A program made the translations under genes and the position numbers. Shown in pieces: positions 9,565 through 18,768 of a DNA stretch of 64,000 nt; the first letter of the stretch is position 1, and every line of letters starts with the position of its first letter. Origin of the DNA: an uncultured virus (IMG/VR IMGVR_UViG_3300042878_001709) (taxonomy: Duplodnaviria; Heunggongvirae; Uroviricota; Caudoviricetes); IMG/VR virus record IMGVR_UViG_3300042878_001709, positions 62,001 to 126,000 of that record; one strand, given 5' to 3'. The notes under the pieces were generated by a model. That model searched no databases. It was not told the DNA's origin and saw nothing but the letters and a program-made list of their open reading frames with translations.

Positions 9565-9572
9565 ATATTTAT
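9565..9572 (+). promoter_or_regulatory. putative late promoter ATATTTAT
   Basis: Between the terminator and ATG 9579. Confidence 0.65.
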
Positions 9573-9578
9573 TAATAT

Positions 9579-10616
9579 ATGAAAAATATTATAAGAAAAA
9601 TACTAAAAGAAAGTGTGGAACAACCCAAAAGACTTTTTAAGTACGTAGAACATTCTCTATCTACTTTTGATGATAACGTTGAGGAAGTTATTGAAGATTT
9701 AGTAGAAAATTTAAATTTAACTAAATTAGAATCTTATACAATATTATTTGAATATTTTATACATATTGGAGTGGACCCATTAAAGATGACAGACTTTGAT
9801 GATGTTAGTTATTATTTCGATGGTGATGAATCAGTGAGTATTTTGTCAAATAGTGGTTGGTTAGATAAATATCTGAAGGATAAAACATCATTTCCTAGAG
9901 ATTTTAGGGACATAACTGAAGTTGGTGATGGTGAAAGGTTTTTATTGAAATTAGACGATTGGGAGGAGTTTAGTTGTTTATTTGATGTAAGTGGCGTTGC
10001 GCAAAGAGTATTACAACAAGATCACTCAGATTTGTATGGTTGGTTTGATGTGGATTTTGAAAATGACATCATAGATAATTTAGACGATAAATCAAAAAAC
10101 CGTTTACAAGAATACGTAAAAGAAAAGGGTCTTATTGGAGAACCTATCTCCGATAATCAATATAACATATCATTTGAGGGTGATGATGCAGTATTAACTG
10201 AGGAAATGGTTAATGATATAGATACATTATTGGAATTAATCGGAGAGGATGATTTGTTTTTTGAGTTAAGAATTGAGTTAGAAAACGTATACAGATGGGC
10301 ATATGAAAGTGCTGGTGAATCAGAAATTTTTAATAAATTAGGTTCAGAAATAGAAGGTTTTTTTGGAAATAAACCTTACTGGGAAGATAATAAACTTTAT
10401 TTAGATGTGACTACAGTATTTTATGATATGTTAGTTAGATTTTTAAAATGTGAAGGTAAAATGCCTGGTAATGAGCATAATTATTTCTTAACTGTTGTTT
10501 GTGAAACTTTAACTTGTGAAGGTGATGAATTAAAGAGTCCAGACATGGATTATTTTTATCCTGATAGTAGATTAGTTGCTTCAGATTTTAATGAAAATGT
10601 TAGAGATAATATTTGA
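9579..10616 (+). CDS. putative internal head protein (acidic)
   Basis: MKNIIRKILKES N-terminus. Confidence 0.6.
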   Translation: MKNIIRKILKESVEQPKRLFKYVEHSLSTFDDNVEEVIEDLVENLNLTKLESYTILFEYFIHIGVDPLKMTDFDDVSYYFDGDESVSILSNSGWLDKYLKDKTSFPRDFRDITEVGDGERFLLKLDDWEEFSCLFDVSGVAQRVLQQDHSDLYGWFDVDFENDIIDNLDDKSKNRLQEYVKEKGLIGEPISDNQYNISFEGDDAVLTEEMVNDIDTLLELIGEDDLFFELRIELENVYRWAYESAGESEIFNKLGSEIEGFFGNKPYWEDNKLYLDVTTVFYDMLVRFLKCEGKMPGNEHNYFLTVVCETLTCEGDELKSPDMDYFYPDSRLVASDFNENVRDNI

Positions 10617-10619
10617 TGT

Positions 10620-11471
10620 ATGAAAATAATTATAACCGAAAATCAATATAGAAAACTATTATCTGAGAATAATGAAGATGGAATCGATGAATTCAAACAA
10701 TTTGTAAAAAGGGGGAGGTTTGTTCATCCAGATCAATTCTTTGATTATTACTTTAGTGTATTCGATTATAATGATAGTGATTCACTATCTGCGATAGAAA
10801 ATGATGATGAATTATATGATATTTTTTTAGGAAAAATATTATCTGGGTATTTTATTAATTCATATTATAAGGATAAAAATAATATAATAAGTATTTTTGA
10901 CTATGTTGTTGACAGACACTCTATTTTATTATTTAAAAATAGGAAGGATGTTATAAATAATTTTTATAAATTATTAAATTTAAAATTGAAACTACCCTAC
11001 TGGTATAAAAATAATTTACTATATGAATTTATTGACGTTTCAGTTAATGATGTGGCAAAATTAATGTTTAATGAGTACCCACCAAAAGAGGCGATAAGAC
11101 AATTATCAATCATAACTGATAAATTAGGTAAAAGATATAAAGAAAGGTTATTTCATGTCATTAAAAAATATGCGGAAGAAAATAATTTATTGTTGATACT
11201 AAAAGAGAAAGGATTCACTTTTAATAGGAGAGAAAATTCTATGGTTAGAGATGTAATTAATTACTTAAAAGATCCATCAGAAAAAATAAAAACAAAAACA
11301 GGTTTTTTAAGATATATTGGTTCACCTTTAGGTGGTGGACAACATGCTACGTTTTGGAGTGCATTAAATAAGTCAGGTATTATAGAAAAAATAGGTTCAG
11401 GTAAAATCACCACCTATACTATTGGACCAAATTATGAAGAATGGGAAAAAGGTAATTTAGTTACTTTTTAA
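10620..11471 (+). CDS. putative internal head protein
   Basis: MKIIITENQYRKLLSE N-terminus; possible winged-helix-like C-terminus. Confidence 0.6.
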   Translation: MKIIITENQYRKLLSENNEDGIDEFKQFVKRGRFVHPDQFFDYYFSVFDYNDSDSLSAIENDDELYDIFLGKILSGYFINSYYKDKNNIISIFDYVVDRHSILLFKNRKDVINNFYKLLNLKLKLPYWYKNNLLYEFIDVSVNDVAKLMFNEYPPKEAIRQLSIITDKLGKRYKERLFHVIKKYAEENNLLLILKEKGFTFNRRENSMVRDVINYLKDPSEKIKTKTGFLRYIGSPLGGGQHATFWSALNKSGIIEKIGSGKITTYTIGPNYEEWEKGNLVTF

Positions 11472-11480
11472 GGGATAACC

Positions 11481-11488
11481 ATATTTAT
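11481..11488 (+). promoter_or_regulatory. putative late promoter ATATTTAT
   Basis: 13 nt before the terminase ATG. Confidence 0.7.
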
Positions 11489-11501
11489 ATAATAAAATGT
11501 T

Positions 11502-13289
11502 ATGGAAAGAGCGGAACAATTAAAAGTATATGCTCGTAGTTTAGGTGATCCAATTTACGCAATAGAAACTTTTTTAAAGACGTTTGATTTAACCCAAAGT
11601 GGTAATGTACCATTTAAATTATTTTATAAACAAAAAGAAATAATTAGATCATATGAAAAGTATAACCGTAATTTAGTAACCAAACCTCGACAGGCAGGAG
11701 TGTCAACTACTACTGCGGCATATATTGCAGTTAAATCTGGATTTGGTGATCCTGATAACCCACACAAAGTTTTAATATTAGCCAATAAACAAGCATTGGC
11801 ACAAGAATTTCTTAAAAAAATTAAAGAATTTTTAGATCAGATACCTTATTGGGTTTGGGGGTTAGAAGAAGGGCAAGATTATTTAGAGATTAATTCAAAA
11901 GGACATTTAAAACTAAAGTCTAATGGTTGTGAAATCAGGGCAGTTGCGACATCTAAGGATGCGTTAAGGGGTTTTACACCAACCTTTTTAGTTATGGATG
12001 AGGCAGCATTTATTGATAATGGTTCAGAGGTTTTTGGTGCTGCGTTAGCATCTTTAGGTACAGGTGGTAAAATATCATTAATTTCCACACCAAACGGTAT
12101 GGATCCATTATATTATAAAACTTATGATGGGGCAAAGAAAAAAGACAATAATTTTAATATTGTTGAGATGAAATGGTATCAAGACGTAAGATATAATAGA
12201 GGTTTATATTGGAGAAGGGGTGAAGACGAAAGAATAGAATGTAATACATTAGATAGGACTAGATTAAGATGGGAATATTTAGAAAATATTTATGAAACAG
12301 ATGAGTCAACCATAGAATACTATGAAGTTATGGTAAAAGATGGGTGGAAACCTTTATCCCCTTGGTATGATGAGATGTCGGCAGATATGGGAGATGCCAA
12401 AAAAATTGCACAAGAACTTGACGTTTCATTTATTGGATCAGGGGGTAATGTCGTAGAAGATGAATTTATTACTTTTCATGAGGAAAATAATGTTAGAGAT
12501 CCAGAGTTTGTTGCAGAACTAGAAAAGGTTATGTGGATATGGAAAAAACCTGAAGTCGGACATAAATATATTATGGGTGTGGACGTTAGTAGGGGAGATG
12601 GTAAAGATAGTTCTACAATAGTAATACTAGACTTCAACAATTTAGAACAAGTTGCTGAGTTTCAATATAAACTACCACCTGATTTATTGGCAGAAATAGT
12701 TTATAAATATGGTAATATGTATAACGCTTATACTATTATAGATATTACTGGTGGTATGGGGGTTGCAACAGTTTTAAAACTAATAGAAATGGATTATAAA
12801 TTTTTACATTATGATGATCCAAAAAGTAGAAAATTAACTGAAAAATATTCTAAGATAAAGTTTAAAGAAGGTGAAAAAATACCTGGATTTAATGTTGGTA
12901 ATAGTAGATTACAGATGGTATCGGAATTGGAAGAACATGTAAGGGAAAATAAAACCATTATAAGATCACAAAGAATGATTTCCGAACTAAGGACATTTGT
13001 TTATAGAAATGGTAGACCAGATCATATGGATAGTTATCACGATGATATTATTATGGCATTCGCTATGTGTATTTTTGTAGTTCAGACTTCATTTAAAAAA
13101 TTAGAACAAGTTGAAAAACAAACTAAGGCGATGTTAGAGAGTTGGGTTGCAGTATCTAATAAACCCACTAATACTTTGACGAATGATAGTTACGTTAACC
13201 CATTTTATACCAATACACCTACATATCACCCAAAACAAAATAATGAATCTAATGACAGTGGTGAATTTAATTGGTTATTTGGGTTGTGA
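11502..13289 (+). CDS. terL: terminase large subunit (T4 gp17-like)
   Basis: KPRQAGVST Walker A-like, LVMDEAAF Walker B, ISTPNG coupling motif, AQELDVSF, nuclease GVDVSRG.G.D.S and HDDIIMA. Confidence 0.95.
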   Translation: MERAEQLKVYARSLGDPIYAIETFLKTFDLTQSGNVPFKLFYKQKEIIRSYEKYNRNLVTKPRQAGVSTTTAAYIAVKSGFGDPDNPHKVLILANKQALAQEFLKKIKEFLDQIPYWVWGLEEGQDYLEINSKGHLKLKSNGCEIRAVATSKDALRGFTPTFLVMDEAAFIDNGSEVFGAALASLGTGGKISLISTPNGMDPLYYKTYDGAKKKDNNFNIVEMKWYQDVRYNRGLYWRRGEDERIECNTLDRTRLRWEYLENIYETDESTIEYYEVMVKDGWKPLSPWYDEMSADMGDAKKIAQELDVSFIGSGGNVVEDEFITFHEENNVRDPEFVAELEKVMWIWKKPEVGHKYIMGVDVSRGDGKDSSTIVILDFNNLEQVAEFQYKLPPDLLAEIVYKYGNMYNAYTIIDITGGMGVATVLKLIEMDYKFLHYDDPKSRKLTEKYSKIKFKEGEKIPGFNVGNSRLQMVSELEEHVRENKTIIRSQRMISELRTFVYRNGRPDHMDSYHDDIIMAFAMCIFVVQTSFKKLEQVEKQTKAMLESWVAVSNKPTNTLTNDSYVNPFYTNTPTYHPKQNNESNDSGEFNWLFGL

Positions 13290-13308
13290 TAACATTTAAT
13301 TTTTTAAG

Positions 13309-13316
13309 ATATTTAT
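13309..13316 (+). promoter_or_regulatory. putative late promoter ATATTTAT
   Basis: Upstream of the portal ATG. Confidence 0.65.
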
Positions 13317-13343
13317 TATAATAGTAATAAAGATAACAGTATA

Positions 13344-15242
13344 ATGGCAAAAAAAACAATATTCCAGCAATTAAGTAATTTATTTGGTCCAGAAGTAAAA
13401 AGAGAACAAAATAAATCAAGATATTCTATAAACGATAAAGAATTATTGAGAACAAAATCAAAGGAGGAATACGACTTTGAGAAGTTAAAAAAACAACAAG
13501 ATTCCTACCTTTCTAATATGTGGCAGAAGGTTGATAATGAGATTTATCAACACTCAGTCTATTATGAAACTACAAGATTGGCATCCTATGCGGATTTTGA
13601 GGGTATGGAATTTTTTCCAGAGATTTCTGCAGCTTTAGATATTATGATGGAAGAATCAACTACATTAAATTCAGAAAATAAAATGGTAACTATTTTTTCT
13701 GAAAGTAAAAGAGTAAGAAGAATATTAGAAGATTTATTTTTCAATAGATTAGATATTCATACTTCTTTACCTATGTGGACTAGAAATACTTGTAAATATG
13801 GGGATAATTTTCTATTTCTTAATATAGATAGTGAAGAAGGTATTATGGGTGTTAAACAATTACCAAATATTGAGATTGCAAGAAAAGAAAATGAAGGTTT
13901 TGGTGAAAACTCTATGAATATGGATACGGATAAATTTAATCCCGTTAAATTTGTTTGGGGTCAGAGAGATATAGAATTCAATGCGTGGCAAGTTGCACAT
14001 TTTAGGTTATTAGGTGATGATAGAAGATTACCTTATGGTACTTCTATGTTAGAAAAGGCAAGACGTATTTGGAAACAATTATTATTATCTGAAGACGCTA
14101 TGTTAATTTATAGAGTAACTAGGGCACCAGAGAGAAGAATATTTAAAATATATGTGGGTAACATCGATGAGCAGGATGTACCAGCTTACGTTAATAAAAT
14201 TGCAAATAATTTTAAGAGGAGTGCAGTAATTGATCAAAAGACAGGACAAATAGATACAAGATACAATCAGATGGCACAGGATCAGGATTATTTTATACCT
14301 GTTAGAGATGTAAACGCACCTAGTCCTATAGAAACATTAGCAGGAGCTACTAATTTATCTGAAATAGCGGATATTCAATACTTACAGAAAAAATTATTTA
14401 CTGCACTAAGAGTACCTAAACCATTTTTAGGTTTTGAGGAGGTTAATGGAGATGGAAAAAACTTAGCCCTACAAGATATTAGATTTGCTAGAACAATAAA
14501 TAGGATACAACAATCAATGTTACAGGAGTTAAATAAAATTGCTATCATACATTTATATATTTTAGGGTTGGAGGATGAGTTAGAAAACTTTACTTTGACG
14601 TTGAATAACCCTTCAACACAAGCAGAAATGCTTAAAGTGGAACAGACTCAATTAAGAGTGACACTATATAAAGATGCCGTATCAGATGCGGGTAATGGGT
14701 TTGGTGCAATGTCTATGACTAGAGCTAAAAAAGATATATTAGGTATGTCTGAGGAAGAAATAAGAAATGACTTAGAACAACAGAGATTAGAAAAAGCTGC
14801 GGCTGCTGAAATGGAACAAACTGCAGAAGTTATAAAGAAAACAGGTATATTCGATAGAGTAGATAGATTATATGGTGATTTTGATGCATTAGTTGCGGGT
14901 GCAGGTGGTGGAGAAGCAGGTGGAGATGCGGCTGCTGCTGGTGGTGATGCTGGTGGGGCGGCACCTGAAATGGATGCTGGAGCAGCACCTGAAGCGGATG
15001 CTGGAGCGGCAGCACCTACAGAAGAGTCTATAAAGAAAAAAGAAAATTTATTATTAGAAATAAACGAAAAAAAATATAAAGAAAAAATAAAAAAATATCA
15101 AGGGATGTACCTTAGAAAATTGACTGAAAGCTTAGATAAAAATGAAAATATCTACAATTTAGATAAGTTTGAGGATGGTGCAGACATACTTAATTCTAAG
15201 ATAAGTGAAATAACAAAACAAATAGATAGTATGATTGACTAA
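13344..15242 (+). CDS. portal protein (T4 gp20-like)
   Basis: PEISAALDI, LLSEDAMLIYRVTRAPERRIFKIYVGN, QDYFIPVR, IETLAG, DIQYLQKKLFTALRVPK, DIRFARTINRIQ. Confidence 0.95.
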   Translation: MAKKTIFQQLSNLFGPEVKREQNKSRYSINDKELLRTKSKEEYDFEKLKKQQDSYLSNMWQKVDNEIYQHSVYYETTRLASYADFEGMEFFPEISAALDIMMEESTTLNSENKMVTIFSESKRVRRILEDLFFNRLDIHTSLPMWTRNTCKYGDNFLFLNIDSEEGIMGVKQLPNIEIARKENEGFGENSMNMDTDKFNPVKFVWGQRDIEFNAWQVAHFRLLGDDRRLPYGTSMLEKARRIWKQLLLSEDAMLIYRVTRAPERRIFKIYVGNIDEQDVPAYVNKIANNFKRSAVIDQKTGQIDTRYNQMAQDQDYFIPVRDVNAPSPIETLAGATNLSEIADIQYLQKKLFTALRVPKPFLGFEEVNGDGKNLALQDIRFARTINRIQQSMLQELNKIAIIHLYILGLEDELENFTLTLNNPSTQAEMLKVEQTQLRVTLYKDAVSDAGNGFGAMSMTRAKKDILGMSEEEIRNDLEQQRLEKAAAAEMEQTAEVIKKTGIFDRVDRLYGDFDALVAGAGGGEAGGDAAAAGGDAGGAAPEMDAGAAPEADAGAAAPTEESIKKKENLLLEINEKKYKEKIKKYQGMYLRKLTESLDKNENIYNLDKFEDGADILNSKISEITKQIDSMID

Positions 15243-15259
15243 TTTTTTATATTTAATCA

Positions 15260-15267
15260 ATATTTAT
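15260..15267 (+). promoter_or_regulatory. putative late promoter ATATTTAT
   Basis: 14 nt before ATG 15282. Confidence 0.65.
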
Positions 15268-15281
15268 TAATAAAAATACTT

Positions 15282-16052
15282 ATGGAAAATTTTGGTAATA
15301 TAAAAGATACGTTTAAAAAAATTATCTTAGAATCAATAATAAAAAAAGATGAAAAAGGTAAAAAATTATTTTCTACTTTTATTAAAGCACTAAAAGAAAA
15401 TAAATCTCTTAAAGATCAATTTCTAATTTTTAAAAATTTAGAGAGTAGAAAATTTGATGATAGGGATGTGGCAAAAGAATATATAAAAGAAAATATTAAT
15501 TTACTTAAAGGTATTAATAAGAAAGAACTTACTGAGGGTAATGTAATATTATCTAATCTTTTAAAAGGGAAAAAAATAACCAAAGAAAATAATAGTTTTT
15601 ATTCTGATATATCATATTTAAGTACGATAAAAAAGAATCCTTCCAACATAGAAATTTTTAATGAGTCTCTTAATAGATTAGTTGATCGTATGGTAACTAA
15701 ATCAGAAGTTACGGAACACACAGATACAATAGATATATCTCCAAGTATATTAACTAAAATAATGGTTAATAAATTTAATGAAAAATATAGTGAAATTACT
15801 GAATCGGAGAAAAAAATTATTAAAAGTATTTTAAACGGTGAAAATGAAGATAAAGTAAATACTGTAAATAATTTAAAGAGAGAATGTATTGATTCAATAG
15901 ATAAAAAATTAAATGAGAATATAGATTTAGATTTAAAAGATAAATTATTGAAAGTAAAAGATAAGTTATTAACTACTGAATATAAAAAAGACGATTACCA
16001 TAATGATGTAATCAAATTATATAACCTAAAAGAAACAATCGATAACGAATAA
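15282..16052 (+). CDS. hypothetical helical protein in head module
   Basis: 256 aa between portal and protease; FNEKYSEITESEKKII motif. Confidence 0.65.
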   Translation: MENFGNIKDTFKKIILESIIKKDEKGKKLFSTFIKALKENKSLKDQFLIFKNLESRKFDDRDVAKEYIKENINLLKGINKKELTEGNVILSNLLKGKKITKENNSFYSDISYLSTIKKNPSNIEIFNESLNRLVDRMVTKSEVTEHTDTIDISPSILTKIMVNKFNEKYSEITESEKKIIKSILNGENEDKVNTVNNLKRECIDSIDKKLNENIDLDLKDKLLKVKDKLLTTEYKKDDYHNDVIKLYNLKETIDNE

Positions 16053-16057
16053 ATATT

Positions 16058-16081
16058 AAACCCTCATATGAGGGTTTTTTT
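16058..16081 (+). terminator. intrinsic terminator
   Basis: AAACCCTCA-TA-TGAGGGTTT plus T run. Confidence 0.8.
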
Positions 16082-16088
16082 ATTGTAA

Positions 16089-16118
16089 TTTGACATCACC
16101 CATATTTTTCCGTATACT
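16089..16118 (+). promoter_or_regulatory. host-type promoter TTGACA-N17-TATACT
   Basis: TTGACA at 16090-16095 and TATACT at 16113-16118, directly after a terminator. Confidence 0.6.
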
Positions 16119-16158
16119 TTATTAAATTATAAATAACAAGATATGATAAGGAAAATTA

Positions 16159-16596
16159 ATGAAATTAGGAAAAGAATTAAAATTAGATTTATTAGACAAC
16201 TATAAAACTAAAATAGGGACAGTAAATAATAAAGAATCAAAAAGTTTGTATTTAAACTTTACTGCGTGGGGAGAGATAATTGAAAATGAAAAAGAACAAA
16301 ATTATACTACTTTTTTAAGTAATATAAGAAAGAAAATAAAACAAAATTTAAATAACAATCTCAATATAAATTTATTTCATAATGATAAATATATTGTAGA
16401 TTTGGACATGAGGACTTCAGGATTTGATATCAATAAAAGAAGTTTTATGTCATGTGAAATAACACTATTCCAAAAAAAGGGTTTACCCATAAACCAACCA
16501 TTACTTATTGAGGCAACAAAAAACATTATATATAATGTAATAGATAATTGTCTAGAGAATAACTCCATTTTTAAATTCCATAAAACCAAAAAATAA
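16159..16596 (+). CDS. hypothetical protein
   Basis: 145 aa ORF with its own host-type promoter. Confidence 0.7.
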   Translation: MKLGKELKLDLLDNYKTKIGTVNNKESKSLYLNFTAWGEIIENEKEQNYTTFLSNIRKKIKQNLNNNLNINLFHNDKYIVDLDMRTSGFDINKRSFMSCEITLFQKKGLPINQPLLIEATKNIIYNVIDNCLENNSIFKFHKTKK

Positions 16597-16614
16597 TTTT
16601 TTTAGTATAGTGAT

Positions 16615-16622
16615 ATATTTAT
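16615..16622 (+). promoter_or_regulatory. putative late promoter ATATTTAT
   Basis: Upstream of the prohead protease. Confidence 0.65.
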
Positions 16623-16642
16623 AATAAAACTATATCACTATT

Positions 16643-17332
16643 ATGGAGATTTTAAAAAAAAATGAAGTAAAAAAGAAAGGTATTCTTGTCGAATATGACG
16701 CAGGTTACATTTCACCTAAAGATAATAGAAATTTCGTTAACGAAGTAAATAAACTAACTCAAGGGCAACCCATTATAGAGGAGCCCTTAGTTGTTTATGC
16801 CGTATTACAAAAATATGGAGTAGAAAACAAAAATGAAAGAGTATATCCCGAAGCCATACTAAGAAGAGAGGCAGAAAACTATCTAAAACTAATTAAAGAA
16901 AAAAGAGCATTAGGTGAGGCGGATCATCCTGAATCATCTATTGTTGCCGTAAGTAGAATTTCACATAATGTAATCGATTTATGGTGGGAAGGTAATGTAC
17001 TGATGGGTAAGTTAGAAATTATAATGTCACCAGGATTTGTTAATCAAGGTATCATATCTTGTGAGGGTGACAGAGTAGCCAACTATATAAGAAAAGGATT
17101 AAAGATTGGTGTGTCATCTAGAGGTGTTGGATCATTAGAAAAAGAAAATGGTAGAAACGTAGTTCAAGATGATTATGAATTAATCTGTTGGGATGTGGTT
17201 ACGTCACCATCAACTCCAGGGTCTTGGATTTATAGTGAAGAACCATCTAAAGAACAACAAATGTCGGAATCAAAAAATAAAAAAAATGTGGACAATCTTA
17301 AAGATAGTTTAACAAATTTCTTACTTGATTAA
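16643..17332 (+). CDS. prohead protease (T4 gp21-like)
   Basis: NKNERVYP, ALGEADHP (catalytic His), IGVSSRGVGS (catalytic Ser), WDVVTSPSTPG. Confidence 0.95.
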   Translation: MEILKKNEVKKKGILVEYDAGYISPKDNRNFVNEVNKLTQGQPIIEEPLVVYAVLQKYGVENKNERVYPEAILRREAENYLKLIKEKRALGEADHPESSIVAVSRISHNVIDLWWEGNVLMGKLEIIMSPGFVNQGIISCEGDRVANYIRKGLKIGVSSRGVGSLEKENGRNVVQDDYELICWDVVTSPSTPGSWIYSEEPSKEQQMSESKNKKNVDNLKDSLTNFLLD

Positions 17333-17361
17333 AAAAAAAATAAACTTTTTCGAAAAATAGT

Positions 17362-17369
17362 ATATTTAT
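17362..17369 (+). promoter_or_regulatory. putative late promoter ATATTTAT
   Basis: Upstream of the scaffold and capsid genes. Confidence 0.65.
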
Positions 17370-17428
17370 AATAGAATGCAAAATTGCGTTTACAATAATT
17401 TAAATAATAAAATTTTAAAAAAAACAAA

Positions 17429-18736
17429 ATGGCTGAAAAAAAGAAAAATATCATCGAAGAGGCTTTGCTAGAAGCTAAGTCTATTGAGGATGCCTTAAAA
17501 GCCAACACGAAAGAAATGCTTTCGGCACACTTGTCGAGAGAAATTGAGAGTATCGTTGAGTCATCTTTAAAAGAACAAGATGAAGAAGAAGTGGACGATA
17601 TTGATTTAGAAGGATCCAAAGATGATGAAGTTGAGTTAGATCTTGACAATGAAGAAGGTGTCGAAGAACCCGAAACAGAATTAGAATTAGACTCTGAAGA
17701 AGAAGACTCTGAAGAACCTGTTGATTTAGATTTAGATGTTGATCTAGATTTAGACGCTGGTGAAGAAGATGATGATGAACCAGAACTTAATTTCGATATG
17801 ATGGATATGGGTGATGACGAAGAGGAAGTGTTAGACTTAACAGGTGCTTCTGACGAAGAAGTTATTCATGTGTTTAAAAACAAATTGGGTGACGATGATG
17901 AAGTAGAAGTAGTTAAGGATGCAGGTGGAATTCATTTAAAAGATAATGAAACTGGTGTAGAGTATTACATTAAGGAATCTATGGAAGATAGATTTGGTTT
18001 GAAAGAAAAGGAATATTGTTCTGAATGTGGATCAGGTTCTATGTATGAAGATGAAAAAGGTGGTGATGAAACTATCTATGAAATTCACTTAGAAGAAGAT
18101 TCCCCAATGTATGACATGTTAGTAGGTGGTGAAGGTGAAGATTTTTATCCAGATGAAAACTATGATGCAATGGGTGAAGGAGCATATATTGACGAAGAGG
18201 AAATTTCAGAAGATAAGTTGCAAAGACATAATAGAACAAGTGGTAAACAAAGATACAACGGTGCTAGATTTGCGGCTAGAGAATCTAAAACTGTTCGTAA
18301 ACCTTTAGTCAATAGAAAACCAATTGTTAACACAGTTTCCGAATCCAAAATAATGAAAGAATACGAAGAGCTAAAAAGTAAAAACGAAGAATATAAAAAA
18401 GCTCTTAATATTTTTAAAGACAAACTTAATGAGGTTGCGTTATTTAATACCAATTTGGCTTATGTTAACAGATTGTTCACTGAACATTCTACAACTAAAA
18501 AAGAAAAAATGGATATATTAAAAAGATTTGATAATGCGGAAACGATTAAAGAATCTAAAAATATCTATAGAACTATAAAGTCTGAAATGGATAATAAAAA
18601 ACCAATGAATGAGTCTGTTGAAAATAAAGTTAACAAAACAGTAAAATCTTACACTGCTACTAATTTAAATGAGTCAACTGCTTATGTTGATCCACAGATT
18701 ACGGCAATTAAAGATTTAATGAGAAGAATCTCATAA
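17429..18736 (+). CDS. prohead scaffolding protein (T4 gp22 position)
   Basis: Highly acidic with a coiled coil (LNEVALFNTNLAY), many [IL]xE sites, located between protease and capsid genes. Confidence 0.8.
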   Translation: MAEKKKNIIEEALLEAKSIEDALKANTKEMLSAHLSREIESIVESSLKEQDEEEVDDIDLEGSKDDEVELDLDNEEGVEEPETELELDSEEEDSEEPVDLDLDVDLDLDAGEEDDDEPELNFDMMDMGDDEEEVLDLTGASDEEVIHVFKNKLGDDDEVEVVKDAGGIHLKDNETGVEYYIKESMEDRFGLKEKEYCSECGSGSMYEDEKGGDETIYEIHLEEDSPMYDMLVGGEGEDFYPDENYDAMGEGAYIDEEEISEDKLQRHNRTSGKQRYNGARFAARESKTVRKPLVNRKPIVNTVSESKIMKEYEELKSKNEEYKKALNIFKDKLNEVALFNTNLAYVNRLFTEHSTTKKEKMDILKRFDNAETIKESKNIYRTIKSEMDNKKPMNESVENKVNKTVKSYTATNLNESTAYVDPQITAIKDLMRRIS

Positions 18737-18768
18737 AAAATAACAAATAAAATAAATAAAATAAAAAA

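Noticed and set aside
11680..11712. Terminase Walker A lacking the Lys (RQAGVST) as an inactive ATPase
   Set aside because: Walker B, coupling and nuclease motifs are intact, and hydrophobic variants at this position occur in T4-like terminases
14890..15020. GC-rich patch in the portal gene as foreign DNA
   Set aside because: Explained by an in-frame Gly/Ala/Pro low-complexity linker
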